From: Methanobacteriota archaeon
Lineage (GTDB): Archaea; Thermoplasmatota; Thermoplasmata; SG8-5; JAGLSY01
DNA: 64,000 nt
Assembly: GCA_020696385.1 (NCBI GenBank)
Contig: JAEHCQ010000001.1
Location: 576,001 to 640,000, forward strand
Direction of reading: 5' to 3'
The position numbers and the translations under genes were made by a program. The notes under the pieces were generated by a model that made no database searches, had not been told where the DNA came from, and was given only the letters and a program-made list of their open reading frames with translations. Positions 49,779 to 58,496 of this stretch are shown in pieces (the stretch's first letter is position 1; the number at the start of each line of letters is the position of its first letter).

Positions 49779-51160
49779 TATTCTTCCTCCTCTTTTTCAT
49801 CGTCATTGTTATGGCCAGTTGGTTTCTTCATGGTACTAGGGTGAACCTGCGTTTTTCCCGGATGTCCTCCTGGGTGTCCCCCTGGATGACCGGGTACTGA
49901 GCCAGGGTGGCCATTGATATCACCATTGCCAGTGAAGACTTGTGTGAAATTCTCCATCTGATTCTGACTCTGTGGATTATCCCTGATATGCAATAATAAG
50001 TTGTGCATCAGTTTTTTCATCAAACTGCGGGAAAGATCATCCATGACCTCCTGGGTCTTGGGATCGAGGTCATCTATTCTTCTCAGGGATCTCTCCAGTT
50101 CCCTGGCTCGTATCTCTTCCGTGTATCGGTTCAAACTGGAAAGGAAGGTCTCGATATGCAGGTTCTCCAGCTTCATCTTGAACCTGGACAGCTCCTCCTC
50201 GATTATCTTCTCACTTCTTACAACCTCTTCTTGTCTGGCCAGTTTGTTCTTCTCGGATATCTCCCTTAGATCCCGTATTGAGAAATATTGAATGACATCC
50301 AGCTCCCGCACTGTCGGGTCTATGTCCGATGGCATGGCGATATCGATAAGTGTGAGCGGCTCCGTCCTGCCCTTCACTGCCGACTCCACCAGTTCTTTCG
50401 TGATGAGCACATGAGGACAGGAGGTGGCTGTGAAGATGACATCGGCCTTTTCCATGCCCTGCTTGACATCTGAAAATGGTATCTGGGTGGATGAGTATTT
50501 ATCGCAGAATCTTCGAATATTCTCAGGAGTGCGGCCCACCACGACAATACTGCCAAGCTGGAACTGGCATATATAATCCGCCAGTAAGGAGGCCATGTTT
50601 CCTGTTCCGATTAACATGACATTCTTACCGGAAAGCGGGTTATGTTTATTGGCTAGATCGACCGCGGCCGATGAAATGGAAACCTTTCCTTTGGAAATGT
50701 TGGTCTCAGACCTCACGCGCTTGCCAATATACAGCGCCCTCTGAAAAATAGGCTCCAGCACTCGACCAGTATGATTATTTTTGGAAGCGTATTCGAGTGC
50801 TTCCTTCATCTGGGCCAGTATCTGATTCTCACCAACCATCAAACTATCGATGGAGGACACGACCCTGAAGAGATGATTGAGAGTTTCCAGATAGCGTTCG
50901 GAAATAATATATTCGGACATGTCGGCCCCATATCTGTCCATCATGAATTTCCTCATCTGGGCCTTTCCCGTGTCCTCATCATCTCCCGAATAGTATATTT
51001 CAAAGCGATTGCAGGTCTGGACGACCACGGCCTCGGTTATGCCATCTGTTAAAAGAAGTTCCTTGTAGAAATCTTCCATCTTGGATTCGGGAATATGAAG
51101 TGTATCCAATGTTTTCTGATCACTGGTCTCGAAGGTGACCTTAATGCTGGCAATGTACAT
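49778..51160 (-). CDS. hemA: Glutamyl-tRNA reductase with C-terminal GHPG-repeat tail
   Basis: TCNRFEIY, SLMVGENQILAQ, KRVRSET, IGTGNM, IDIAMPSDI. Start MYIASIK at 51160. Confidence 0.94.
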   Translation of the reverse strand: MYIASIKVTFETSDQKTLDTLHIPESKMEDFYKELLLTDGITEAVVVQTCNRFEIYYSGDDEDTGKAQMRKFMMDRYGADMSEYIISERYLETLNHLFRVVSSIDSLMVGENQILAQMKEALEYASKNNHTGRVLEPIFQRALYIGKRVRSETNISKGKVSISSAAVDLANKHNPLSGKNVMLIGTGNMASLLADYICQFQLGSIVVVGRTPENIRRFCDKYSSTQIPFSDVKQGMEKADVIFTATSCPHVLITKELVESAVKGRTEPLTLIDIAMPSDIDPTVRELDVIQYFSIRDLREISEKNKLARQEEVVRSEKIIEEELSRFKMKLENLHIETFLSSLNRYTEEIRARELERSLRRIDDLDPKTQEVMDDLSRSLMKKLMHNLLLHIRDNPQSQNQMENFTQVFTGNGDINGHPGSVPGHPGGHPGGHPGKTQVHPSTMKKPTGHNNDDEKEEEE

Positions 51161-51761
51161 CGAACACCTCCTTTGCTCTTTTCCTGGCCTCTTCGATCTT
51201 ACCCTGCTCGACCAGTTCCCCAAGCTGGGCATCTGCAAATATTTCTTCAAAAATGCGGTTCTTCTCATCGATCCCATCTATCTGGCATCTGAGTGGGTGA
51301 AGGGCCTCTAGCCAGATATCCTTGCCGACCACCCAATCATCCAATTCTTCCCTCATCTTGCGAGCCATGAAAGGTGACACGCCTCCAGTGGAGATGGATA
51401 TCGTGACATCTCCAGCTTTGGAAATCCCTGTGAAGAAGATATTGGAAAGCTCCTGATCGTCAACAACATTGATCAGGATGCCTTGTTCAAGGCAATGATT
51501 CGCTATCTGGCGATTGAGCACCCTATCGGAAAAGGCAGATATGACCAATGCCGTATTGCCGGGAATTTGATCTTTGAAATTATCGCCAGTTATTTCCATA
51601 TTTACAATAGTGACATGATCTGGCATGGGAAGCGCGTCCTTGGATATCAGAGTAATATTATTGGTGAACATGGATGCGTATTCCACCTTGCGCTGACCCA
51701 CATTACCACCTCCGAAGATGATAACTGGCCCCTCCATGTTCAGTACAACAGGCATTTTCAT
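51141..51761 (-). CDS. sirC: Precorrin-2 dehydrogenase / possible sirohydrochlorin ferrochelatase (SirC/Met8p/CysG N-terminal type)
   Basis: IFGGGNVGQRK, INVVD, ISISTGGVSPFMARKMRE. Confidence 0.88.
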   Translation of the reverse strand: MKMPVVLNMEGPVIIFGGGNVGQRKVEYASMFTNNITLISKDALPMPDHVTIVNMEITGDNFKDQIPGNTALVISAFSDRVLNRQIANHCLEQGILINVVDDQELSNIFFTGISKAGDVTISISTGGVSPFMARKMREELDDWVVGKDIWLEALHPLRCQIDGIDEKNRIFEEIFADAQLGELVEQGKIEEARKRAKEVFDVHCQH

Positions 51762-52255
51762 TGGTCGTCCTCCTCGTTATCTGCCAGATCTTCCTTCCTC
51801 AATCTGAAGGAAGTCTTTTTTAATTCCGTATGTGAAAAGAATATATCATAGCTTTGGAGATCATGTCTTTTGGCGATCTCCGAGACCTTGGATACAGCCT
51901 CCTCGCGGGTCTGGCCATGAACCATGAAGAAGAGATTATGATCCCAACCATCACGGGAATAACAATGGGTGACTCCTTCTTCCTGTGCGACAGCCATTCC
52001 AACCTCGTCCATTCGGTCATCTGGTATACTGGCGGCTGTCATCGCATTGGCCGAGAAACCCACCTTCCTGTGGGCGATGGAAGGTGCTATTCTTCGAATT
52101 ATGCCTTTTGCCAGTAATTCCCCACATATATCCAGGACCTCTTTTTCCGGCATACCGAGCTTATCAGCTATTATTCTGAAAGGATCAATTGCCAGGGGCA
52201 TGTCCTGAACTTCGAACAATACTTTTTTCTCCACATCAGATATCAAATTTAACAC
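51758..52255 (-). CDS. ahbB: Siroheme decarboxylase subunit beta (Lrp/AsnC-like)
   Basis: GIIRRIA...HRKVGFSANAM, VTHCYSR, NLFFMVHG, ELKKTS. Confidence 0.88.
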   Translation of the reverse strand: MLNLISDVEKKVLFEVQDMPLAIDPFRIIADKLGMPEKEVLDICGELLAKGIIRRIAPSIAHRKVGFSANAMTAASIPDDRMDEVGMAVAQEEGVTHCYSRDGWDHNLFFMVHGQTREEAVSKVSEIAKRHDLQSYDIFFSHTELKKTSFRLRKEDLADNEEDDQ

Positions 52256-52688
52256 CTATTTTGTAGGTCCTTCTGGCTGGCAGTTTTATGACCTTCAATC
52301 CAGTTCGATCAGTTATTTGGCTCAGATTCTCATCAAGGGCCACGTCATCCTTCTCGATGAGGGTGAACCAAAGATTTGGTTCACCCTCGCGAAGGTAATT
52401 ATGCGTGACTCCTTGGAATGAATTGATCATCTGGCCAACTTCTTCTATCTTGGTATTTGGAACCTCCATCGCGGCCAGCGTGGAAACATAGCCCAATTTC
52501 TTGGGGGCTATGATGGCTCCATATTTTCTGACAAGGCCTCTTTCCATAAGATCTTCCAGTACCTTGATGATGTCATCTTCAGTGCAATTAAGTTTTTCGG
52601 CAATCGTCCTGTATGGATGCGGCACTGGCTCTATACCTTTCTGAAGTTCCTTCAGTACCTTTTGCTCCAATATGGACATCTCACTCAT
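52236..52688 (-). CDS. ahbA: Siroheme decarboxylase subunit alpha (Lrp/AsnC-like)
   Basis: KLGYVSTLAAM, GVTHNYLR, NLWFTL, LPARRTYKIGVKF. Confidence 0.9.
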   Translation of the reverse strand: MSEMSILEQKVLKELQKGIEPVPHPYRTIAEKLNCTEDDIIKVLEDLMERGLVRKYGAIIAPKKLGYVSTLAAMEVPNTKIEEVGQMINSFQGVTHNYLREGEPNLWFTLIEKDDVALDENLSQITDRTGLKVIKLPARRTYKIGVKFDI

Positions 52689-53682
52689 TCTTCACCAAGC
52701 CCCTTCCATAAGCGCACCATGGCTCATGAGCCATGTAATCATCGTAATAGATATGGGCTCTGGCTCTGCACCCGCCACATATTTTCTTATACTTACAAAT
52801 CCCACATGATCCAGTGTATTCCAGTGATCTCATATCATTGAATACCTTGCTATTTTTCCAGATCTCGGAGAATGGGGTTTCACGAACATTCCCTACCTTT
52901 ATTGGTAAATAAGGGCATGGCCAGACATCACCATTGGGCACTATGGAACAATAACTCATACCTGCAAGACATCCTCTTGTGTATCGACCCATATCCTGGC
53001 CTTTTTGAGCCGCGATCCTCATGAACTGGGGAGCGCAGGTGGGCTTTATGTCGAAATTCAATTCCTCTCTTTTCTCCAATAGCTTACGAATTAAGATCTC
53101 GTAATTCTTCTCACGGAGGGATTCTTCCTCTATATCCTCGCCTCGGCCAGTAGGTACAAGGAACAGTACGTGATGGGACTTCGCGCCCATCTCTTTGGCA
53201 AGCTCACAGAGCTTCTCTATCTCGTCTATATTTCGGGTGAATGCAGTTGTATTGACCTGGAAATCAAAACCTTCTTCCTTGCAATTTTTCATGGCCTGGA
53301 TGGATTTTTCATAGGTTCCTGGCATACCACAGAACTCGTCCAATTTATCCCTGTCCACCATATGAAGTGAAATAGCGACTGAACTTCCACCAGCTGCCTT
53401 GATCTTTCTTATCATCTCCCTGGTAAGCAATGTTCCATTCGATCCATAGACTGGTCGCAGACCGACAGAGACCGCGTGTTCGGTAAGCTCTAGTATGTCC
53501 TTTCTCATGAAAGGCTCGCCACCAGAGAAGACCATTAATTTGAAGCCAGCCTTGGCTATCTCGGTCAGTAGGTCCTTGCCCTCTTGAGTGCTGAGCTCAT
53601 CAACATATTCATTTCCAGCATCTCTATAACAGTGTTCACAGCGCAGATTGCATTCATTCGTGACATTCCATGAGGCCAACAT
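52681..53682 (-). CDS. ahbD: Heme b synthase, radical SAM/SPASM (AhbD/NirJ2)
   Basis: SWNVTNECNLRCEHCYRDAG, FLVPTGRG, KPTCAPQFMR, GCLAG, CGGCRARA. Confidence 0.88.
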   Translation of the reverse strand: MLASWNVTNECNLRCEHCYRDAGNEYVDELSTQEGKDLLTEIAKAGFKLMVFSGGEPFMRKDILELTEHAVSVGLRPVYGSNGTLLTREMIRKIKAAGGSSVAISLHMVDRDKLDEFCGMPGTYEKSIQAMKNCKEEGFDFQVNTTAFTRNIDEIEKLCELAKEMGAKSHHVLFLVPTGRGEDIEEESLREKNYEILIRKLLEKREELNFDIKPTCAPQFMRIAAQKGQDMGRYTRGCLAGMSYCSIVPNGDVWPCPYLPIKVGNVRETPFSEIWKNSKVFNDMRSLEYTGSCGICKYKKICGGCRARAHIYYDDYMAHEPWCAYGRGLVKNE

Positions 53683-53910
53683 ATTGAATTCTCCTTTTTA
53701 GGGATTTGACCTCATATATATTATATTATATAAAGTTTAAATATAGTTATTATCAGTTTTGATATCCTAACCCATGGGCATTATTCATGAATATCATTAT
53801 TGAAAATAGGTGGCATTTGCTTTAAATTAGGTAATAGTTATTTATAATGTGTCAAAATAATACACAACTATATATATGATTGTTAAACGCATTTAAATGG
53901 AGGATAATAA

Positions 53911-54273
53911 ATGATAGAGCCAGATAATAAATTTGATAGTTTGGGCATCATAATTGCAAGAACATCGATCATGACCGGAAATGCCAGGCAGGCCGTGGAT
54001 TTCGGTATGGGGGCTGCGAAGAAAGGGAAAAGCGTAGGGATATTCCTCATATCCGATGGTGTTTGGAATGCACTGAATGATTCTGGAAATGTATCAGACA
54101 TCATTGGTCAGCTTGTCAATGATGGGGCTAAATTATACATCAGTGATGAACACGCCAGAGCAGCTGGATTTCCCAAAGATAGGGTGATCGAGGGAGCTGA
54201 GTTCATAGAGGACACTTACAAGGTCCTGGTCAACAGCGTGATGGAAGAATGGGACAAGGTGATAATATGTTGA
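53911..54273 (+). CDS. DsrE/DsrF/DsrH-like sulfur relay family protein
   Basis: IFLISDGVW motif and fold pattern; first gene of the DsrE cluster. Confidence 0.7.
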   Translation: MIEPDNKFDSLGIIIARTSIMTGNARQAVDFGMGAAKKGKSVGIFLISDGVWNALNDSGNVSDIIGQLVNDGAKLYISDEHARAAGFPKDRVIEGAEFIEDTYKVLVNSVMEEWDKVIIC

Positions 54274-54686
54274 ACTCGGGTAGCCAAGGAAATCCAACTC
54301 CTTCCACCAGGCCGAAGAAAATGAAGAAGGACATGGGCAAGACGTTAACGATATTGCTTTTGCGCGGACCGTATATCTCGGAATACGCGGACCTGGCAGC
54401 CAATATGGCTCTGAAAGCCAGAAAGATGGGATACAAGGTCAATATGTTCCTTTACCTGGACGGAGCCTGGCTCCCGCATGTGAAGACCGATAAGGAATAC
54501 TCCAATGCTGGAGAATGGCTCAGATGGGCGATAAAGAAAGGTGTCACGGTCAAGGCTTGCCACAGATGCTCCGAAGCTCGTGATCTTACAGAAGACGATA
54601 TCATCCCGGGCGTGGAGATATCAGGATTGTACGGATTCCTGGATATGCTGGCAGAGTCTGACAAAGTAATAACATTCACGGGGTGA
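54267..54686 (+). CDS. DsrE/TusD-like protein with CxxC
   Basis: GPY, MFLYLDGAW, KACHRCSEAR, ESDKVITF. Start uncertain (54249/54267/54321). Confidence 0.8.
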   Translation: MLNSGSQGNPTPSTRPKKMKKDMGKTLTILLLRGPYISEYADLAANMALKARKMGYKVNMFLYLDGAWLPHVKTDKEYSNAGEWLRWAIKKGVTVKACHRCSEARDLTEDDIIPGVEISGLYGFLDMLAESDKVITFTG

Positions 54687-54692
54687 GAAAAC

Positions 54693-55061
54693 ATGGCTTC
54701 ATTGAACAAGAAAGTATTGATATCGCTCGTACACGGAACATACGGACACCAGGATGATGGATTCGGAGCAGTCCAGCTGGCAAATGCGATACTTGCCAGA
54801 GGCGGAGAATGTACACTTTTCCTGAGATCGGATGGTGTTTACATCCTCGTGAAGGGACAGGATCCTAATGATCTGGGCCTGCCAAGCAATCTGGATGAGC
54901 TAGCTGATTTCATCGAGCTGGGCGGAGTGATAAAGGCAGATAGAGCTGCAGTGAAAGAGAGAGGTCTGTTGGCGACAGACCTCATTGAGGATCATGAATT
55001 GATCGAATGGGATGATGTTCTGGGATTACTCGAAGAACATGATTTCTGTTTGACATTCTAA
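54693..55061 (+). CDS. DsrF/TusC-like protein
   Basis: HGTYG, LFLRSDGVYILVKGQ, VKERGL motifs. Confidence 0.78.
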   Translation: MASLNKKVLISLVHGTYGHQDDGFGAVQLANAILARGGECTLFLRSDGVYILVKGQDPNDLGLPSNLDELADFIELGGVIKADRAAVKERGLLATDLIEDHELIEWDDVLGLLEEHDFCLTF

Positions 55062-55099
55062 GAGCGATTTAAAATTTAAAAATAAAGGAGAGAAAAACT

Positions 55100-55327
55100 A
55101 TGGCAGAAGTAAAAATATCAACAGTCGGGCTCAATTGCCCAAAACCATTGATAGAGACAAGGAAAGCAATGAGAAAACTTGCAGCAGGCGATATCCTCAT
55201 CATAGAGGGTGACCATGCGGTTTCCAAGGACGAGATACAGCAGGCCGTGAAGGACACTGGCGATGCAGTATTGGGGGTTGAGGAAACAGGCGGCAAGTGG
55301 ATCATAAAAGTTCAAAAAGGTGCTTGA
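55100..55327 (+). CDS. tusA: TusA/SirA-like sulfur carrier
   Basis: GLNCPKPLIETRKA (CPxP), 75 aa. Confidence 0.85.
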   Translation: MAEVKISTVGLNCPKPLIETRKAMRKLAAGDILIIEGDHAVSKDEIQQAVKDTGDAVLGVEETGGKWIIKVQKGA

Positions 55328-55328
55328 A

Positions 55329-55739
55329 ATGGCTGCAAAATCAATGACCATCGTGATGCATGCTAATGATCTGGACAAGACAATGGCTGCTTTCATTCTT
55401 GCAACGGGAGCCGCCGCCAAGGGAATGGACGTGACAATATTCTTCACCTTCTGGGGTCTGATGGCCATGAAGAAAGGCGCGGCTGACAAATCCAAACTCT
55501 CTAAGTTCAGCATGTTCACTGGAATGATGAAAAAGGTAATGAAAAAGAATAATGTCGCAACACTGGACGAACTCATAAAGGACAGTGCGGAACTGGGTGT
55601 CAGGATGGTCGCTTGCGAGATGACCATGGCACTTATGAACACACCAAAGGAAAGCCTCAGGCCGGAAGTAACAGAGATCGGCGGTGTGGGAACCTATCTG
55701 GATGCAGCCAGTGAATCGAACATAACTTTGTTCATCTAA
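55329..55739 (+). CDS. DsrE2-like (DrsE_2, peroxiredoxin-like) sulfur transferase
   Basis: ILATGAAAKG, IFFTFWGL, VACEMTM, GGVGTYL, TLFI. Confidence 0.87.
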   Translation: MAAKSMTIVMHANDLDKTMAAFILATGAAAKGMDVTIFFTFWGLMAMKKGAADKSKLSKFSMFTGMMKKVMKKNNVATLDELIKDSAELGVRMVACEMTMALMNTPKESLRPEVTEIGGVGTYLDAASESNITLFI

Positions 55740-55755
55740 TCAGGAAGGGTTTACA

Positions 55756-56130
55756 ATGATTGAAAAAATGGGAAAGCTTTCAAGGATGGAACCAAACTCA
55801 CTATCATGTTTGGATGTCGTCAGATGCATACATGGCCTAACAGATACCGATATCAAGACCCTTGAAAGTCTTCCAAGCACTGATGGTATCACCGCTCATG
55901 ATGTTGGAGAGGCGATAGGCAAGGATAGATCCACCGCACACAGAAGCCTTGAAAAACTGGTATCGGCGGGAATTTGCTTCAAAGAGAAAAGGTCTGGCAC
56001 ACCCAGAGGATACTCCAATTATTATCAAAGAATATCCACAAAAGACCTATACAAGATGACCGAAAAGAGCCTGGATGAATGCTATGCCAAGGTCAAAGTA
56101 GCTCTAGACAATGTGAAAGATAATGAGTGA
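55756..56130 (+). CDS. Winged-helix transcriptional regulator (TrmB-like)
   Basis: CIHGLTDTD, GKDRSTAHRSLEKLVSAG helix-turn-helix. Confidence 0.8.
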   Translation: MIEKMGKLSRMEPNSLSCLDVVRCIHGLTDTDIKTLESLPSTDGITAHDVGEAIGKDRSTAHRSLEKLVSAGICFKEKRSGTPRGYSNYYQRISTKDLYKMTEKSLDECYAKVKVALDNVKDNE

Positions 56131-56169
56131 GTGGGATTGAGCCCACTTACTCATTAATTTAATTTTTTT
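56121..56169 (+). terminator. Hairpin plus T-tract terminator
   Basis: taatgagtgagtggg-attgag-cccacttactcatta (15-bp stem, one G-T pair), then atttaattttttt. Confidence 0.7.
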
Positions 56170-56343
56170 ATACAAGGTATTTGCATTCGAACATGCCCCG
56201 TCTGAATGACAGTATCCTGTCATCTGGAGGGCGGGGTACTATATTTGATGGCCCAGTGAGTGACAAACACAGAGTGCTTCCTATTCGAAAACCTCGTTTG
56301 ATACACTGATATATTGATGAGTAAGGGCGAGGATGTTCAAACA

Positions 56344-56367
56344 TAAAAGCGCCGAGAGGGAGATTCG
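56344..56367 (-). repeat. 24-bp duplicate of the tRNA-Ser 3' end (att-like)
   Basis: taaaagcgccgagagggagattcg is identical at 56344-56367 and 56529-56552. Confidence 0.92.
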
Positions 56368-56515
56368 GAACGGAAGCCTTTTCTTTTAATTCTCGCTGTG
56401 CTGGCCGGACTCCAAAAGAACAAGTATTCCAATATCGACCAAACAAGTTTGGAAAATAGATGCGCGAAAACACGCATCTAAAAAAGAAAATTCGTCCGGC
56501 ACTGCTCGCTCGGGA
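56368..56515 (-). other. Structured non-coding element, copy 2
   Basis: Minus strand reads TCCCGAGCGAG..GCCGGAC GAA TTTTCTTTT [two hairpins] ATACTTGTTCTTTTGGA GTCCGGC CAGCACAGCGAG..AAAAGAAAAGGC. Confidence 0.8.
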
Positions 56516-56534
56516 GATAAGATAAGATTAAAAG

Positions 56535-56618
56535 CGCCGAGAGGGAGATTCGAACTCCCGAGTGGTAACCCACACAAGATTTCCAGTCTTGCGCCCTACC
56601 AGGCTGAGCTATCTCGGC
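56535..56618 (-). tRNA. tRNA-Ser (GGA)
   Basis: GCCGAGA/TCTCGGC acceptor, G discriminator, CAAGA-CTGGAAA-TCTTG anticodon arm, long variable arm, GGGAG-TTCGAAT-CTCCC T arm. Confidence 0.95.
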
Positions 56619-56787
56619 TTGGGGTCAGGATTAAAGCAAATGTATTTAGACTTGTCGATTTCACTCATCGAGAATACTATAAATGATAATGGACGATGAA
56701 GCAATATCCAGCATATCCATAAAAATACATCATATTTTCATTCAGATGGTTTTATATCGTTATAACAGGATACAGGGTCAGGTATTC

Positions 56788-57300
56788 ATGAACAGAATTA
56801 AGGTAATTAATGAACCAGCCGAGCTTGTTTCGGTCTTCAGGGCTGTGGACACAGACCTCAAACGTGAGATATTCAAGGAGATCTCAGTAGACTGGAAGAC
56901 TGTCAATTTTATCGAAGAGAAGTTCGGTAAAGAAGGAAGAAAGGCTTTAAGGATCTTTGAGAAGATGAAGCTTGTCGAGACCAGATGGCAACAGCCCAAC
57001 GATGAGGCCGCGACAAAACCTGTAAAAGCCTATCACACGTATTATTCATCCTTCCATATCAACACATCCGCATCCGTGTTCGAGATCAGTGACATCATAG
57101 CCGCTGCTGGTATACCGGACAAAGAGTTCAAGAAGATCGAAGATCAAATAACCACGATGGTGGAGGAAGAAGAGGATGGCGCCTTCTCTGGAGATGTGGC
57201 TGAGAAACTTGAGGTCTCGGGGATCATGTTGAAGGCACTTGTAAAGCGCTCTCCGAAGCTCGATTACAGAGGCCATAGGATCGAAATGTATGAGGAATGA
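56788..57300 (+). CDS. Conserved archaeal predicted ArsR-family DNA-binding protein
   Basis: RIKVINEPAELV, KMKLVETRWQ, KAYHTYY and LVKRS motifs recalled from a euryarchaeal family. Start at MNRIK. Confidence 0.7.
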   Translation: MNRIKVINEPAELVSVFRAVDTDLKREIFKEISVDWKTVNFIEEKFGKEGRKALRIFEKMKLVETRWQQPNDEAATKPVKAYHTYYSSFHINTSASVFEISDIIAAAGIPDKEFKKIEDQITTMVEEEEDGAFSGDVAEKLEVSGIMLKALVKRSPKLDYRGHRIEMYEE

Positions 57301-57447
57301 GGATATCTGAATCAAACCTCCGAATTTGTATCCAAATTTATTAGCACTTATTCTATAGCAAATATTATCTATCAAAATGATATCTGTTAGATATTGATAC
57401 CTATTAGATATTGAATATTTACTAGATATTACCAAAGAGGATGTAGA

Positions 57448-57960
57448 ATGATAGCCATCTTGAGGATAGGTCATAGACCTGATAGGGATAAGAGAATCAC
57501 CACCCATGTTTGTCTTGTTGCGAGGGCCTTTGGAGCAAGCAGGATATTGGTTGATCTCGCGGACCGGGAATTGGAGAACACATTCAATAGTGTGAATGAT
57601 AGATTTGGCGAGGGAGCCAGTATAGAAACCGGAGTCAAATGGAGAAGGGTCATTGGCGAGTGGAAGGGGATCATCGCCCACCTCACCATGTACGGTATGG
57701 AGCTTGATGAGGCAGTGGCTGCCATCAAGGAGAAGGATATCGATGCTGATGTTCTCGTTATAGTGGGTGCGGAGAAAGTTCCTGGCGAGGTTTACAAGGC
57801 CGCGGATTTCAATATATCGGTGGGAAACCAGCCACATTCCGAGGTCGCGGCTCTGGCCATGTTCCTGGACAGGTATTTTGATGGTAATGCCCTAAAAGAT
57901 CTGAAGGGAAAGATGAAGATCATACCGAGCAATGAAGGAAAGGTCGTGGTCGAGGAATGA
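57448..57960 (+). CDS. trm56: tRNA (cytidine(56)-2'-O)-methyltransferase aTrm56
   Basis: LRIGHRPDRDKRITTHVCLVARAFGA, HLTMYG, VGAEKVP, VGNQPHSEVAALA. Confidence 0.95.
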   Translation: MIAILRIGHRPDRDKRITTHVCLVARAFGASRILVDLADRELENTFNSVNDRFGEGASIETGVKWRRVIGEWKGIIAHLTMYGMELDEAVAAIKEKDIDADVLVIVGAEKVPGEVYKAADFNISVGNQPHSEVAALAMFLDRYFDGNALKDLKGKMKIIPSNEGKVVVEE

Positions 57961-58496
57961 CCGGATTACCGACAAGGGCGGAATGCCTCACAATCCTTGA
58001 GGAAGAAGGATGCGAGCCAGGCGTCATCGAGCATTGCCTGGCTGTTGAGTCCCTTGCCATGAAGATCGGAAATATATGCAGAGCCAGGATCGACCTGGAA
58101 CTAATTTCTGCAGGAGCCTTGTTACATGACGTGGGTAGAAGTGTCACGCATGACATCCAGCATGGCATACGAGGTGTGGAGATTCTTGAAAAGAGAAGCA
58201 TGGATGCTCGAGTTATTGACATTGTTCGTAAGCATATAGGCGCTGGCCTGACACCTGAAGAGGCCAGCTTACTTGGTTTTCCATATGGCGATTATATGCC
58301 CGCCACACTGGAAGAGAAGGTGGTTGCATATTCTGATAATCTCATTGGGAATCCTGGATCACCAGATGCCAGGATAAAGTCAGCAGAGTTCATGCAGGAA
58401 TGCATTGACAAAGGATTGGATGCCGCGGCTGAAAGAGCCAGAGCTCTTCACGAGGAGCTCTGCCATTTATGTGGAGTTGATCTAAATGATATCTGA
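57957..58496 (+). CDS. HD/HDIG-domain phosphohydrolase
   Basis: HC...GALLHDVGR, HIGAG, EEKVVAYSDN. Confidence 0.88.
   Translation: MTGLPTRAECLTILEEEGCEPGVIEHCLAVESLAMKIGNICRARIDLELISAGALLHDVGRSVTHDIQHGIRGVEILEKRSMDARVIDIVRKHIGAGLTPEEASLLGFPYGDYMPATLEEKVVAYSDNLIGNPGSPDARIKSAEFMQECIDKGLDAAAERARALHEELCHLCGVDLNDI

Noticed and set aside
56168-56577. ORFs 56168-56473 and 56386-56577
   Set aside because: They overlap the tRNA, its duplicate and the non-coding element, and have no protein-like features.
57046-57837. 263-aa minus-strand ORF and the many other antisense ORFs in the track
   Set aside because: Shadows of well-supported genes on the opposite strand with no recognisable motifs.
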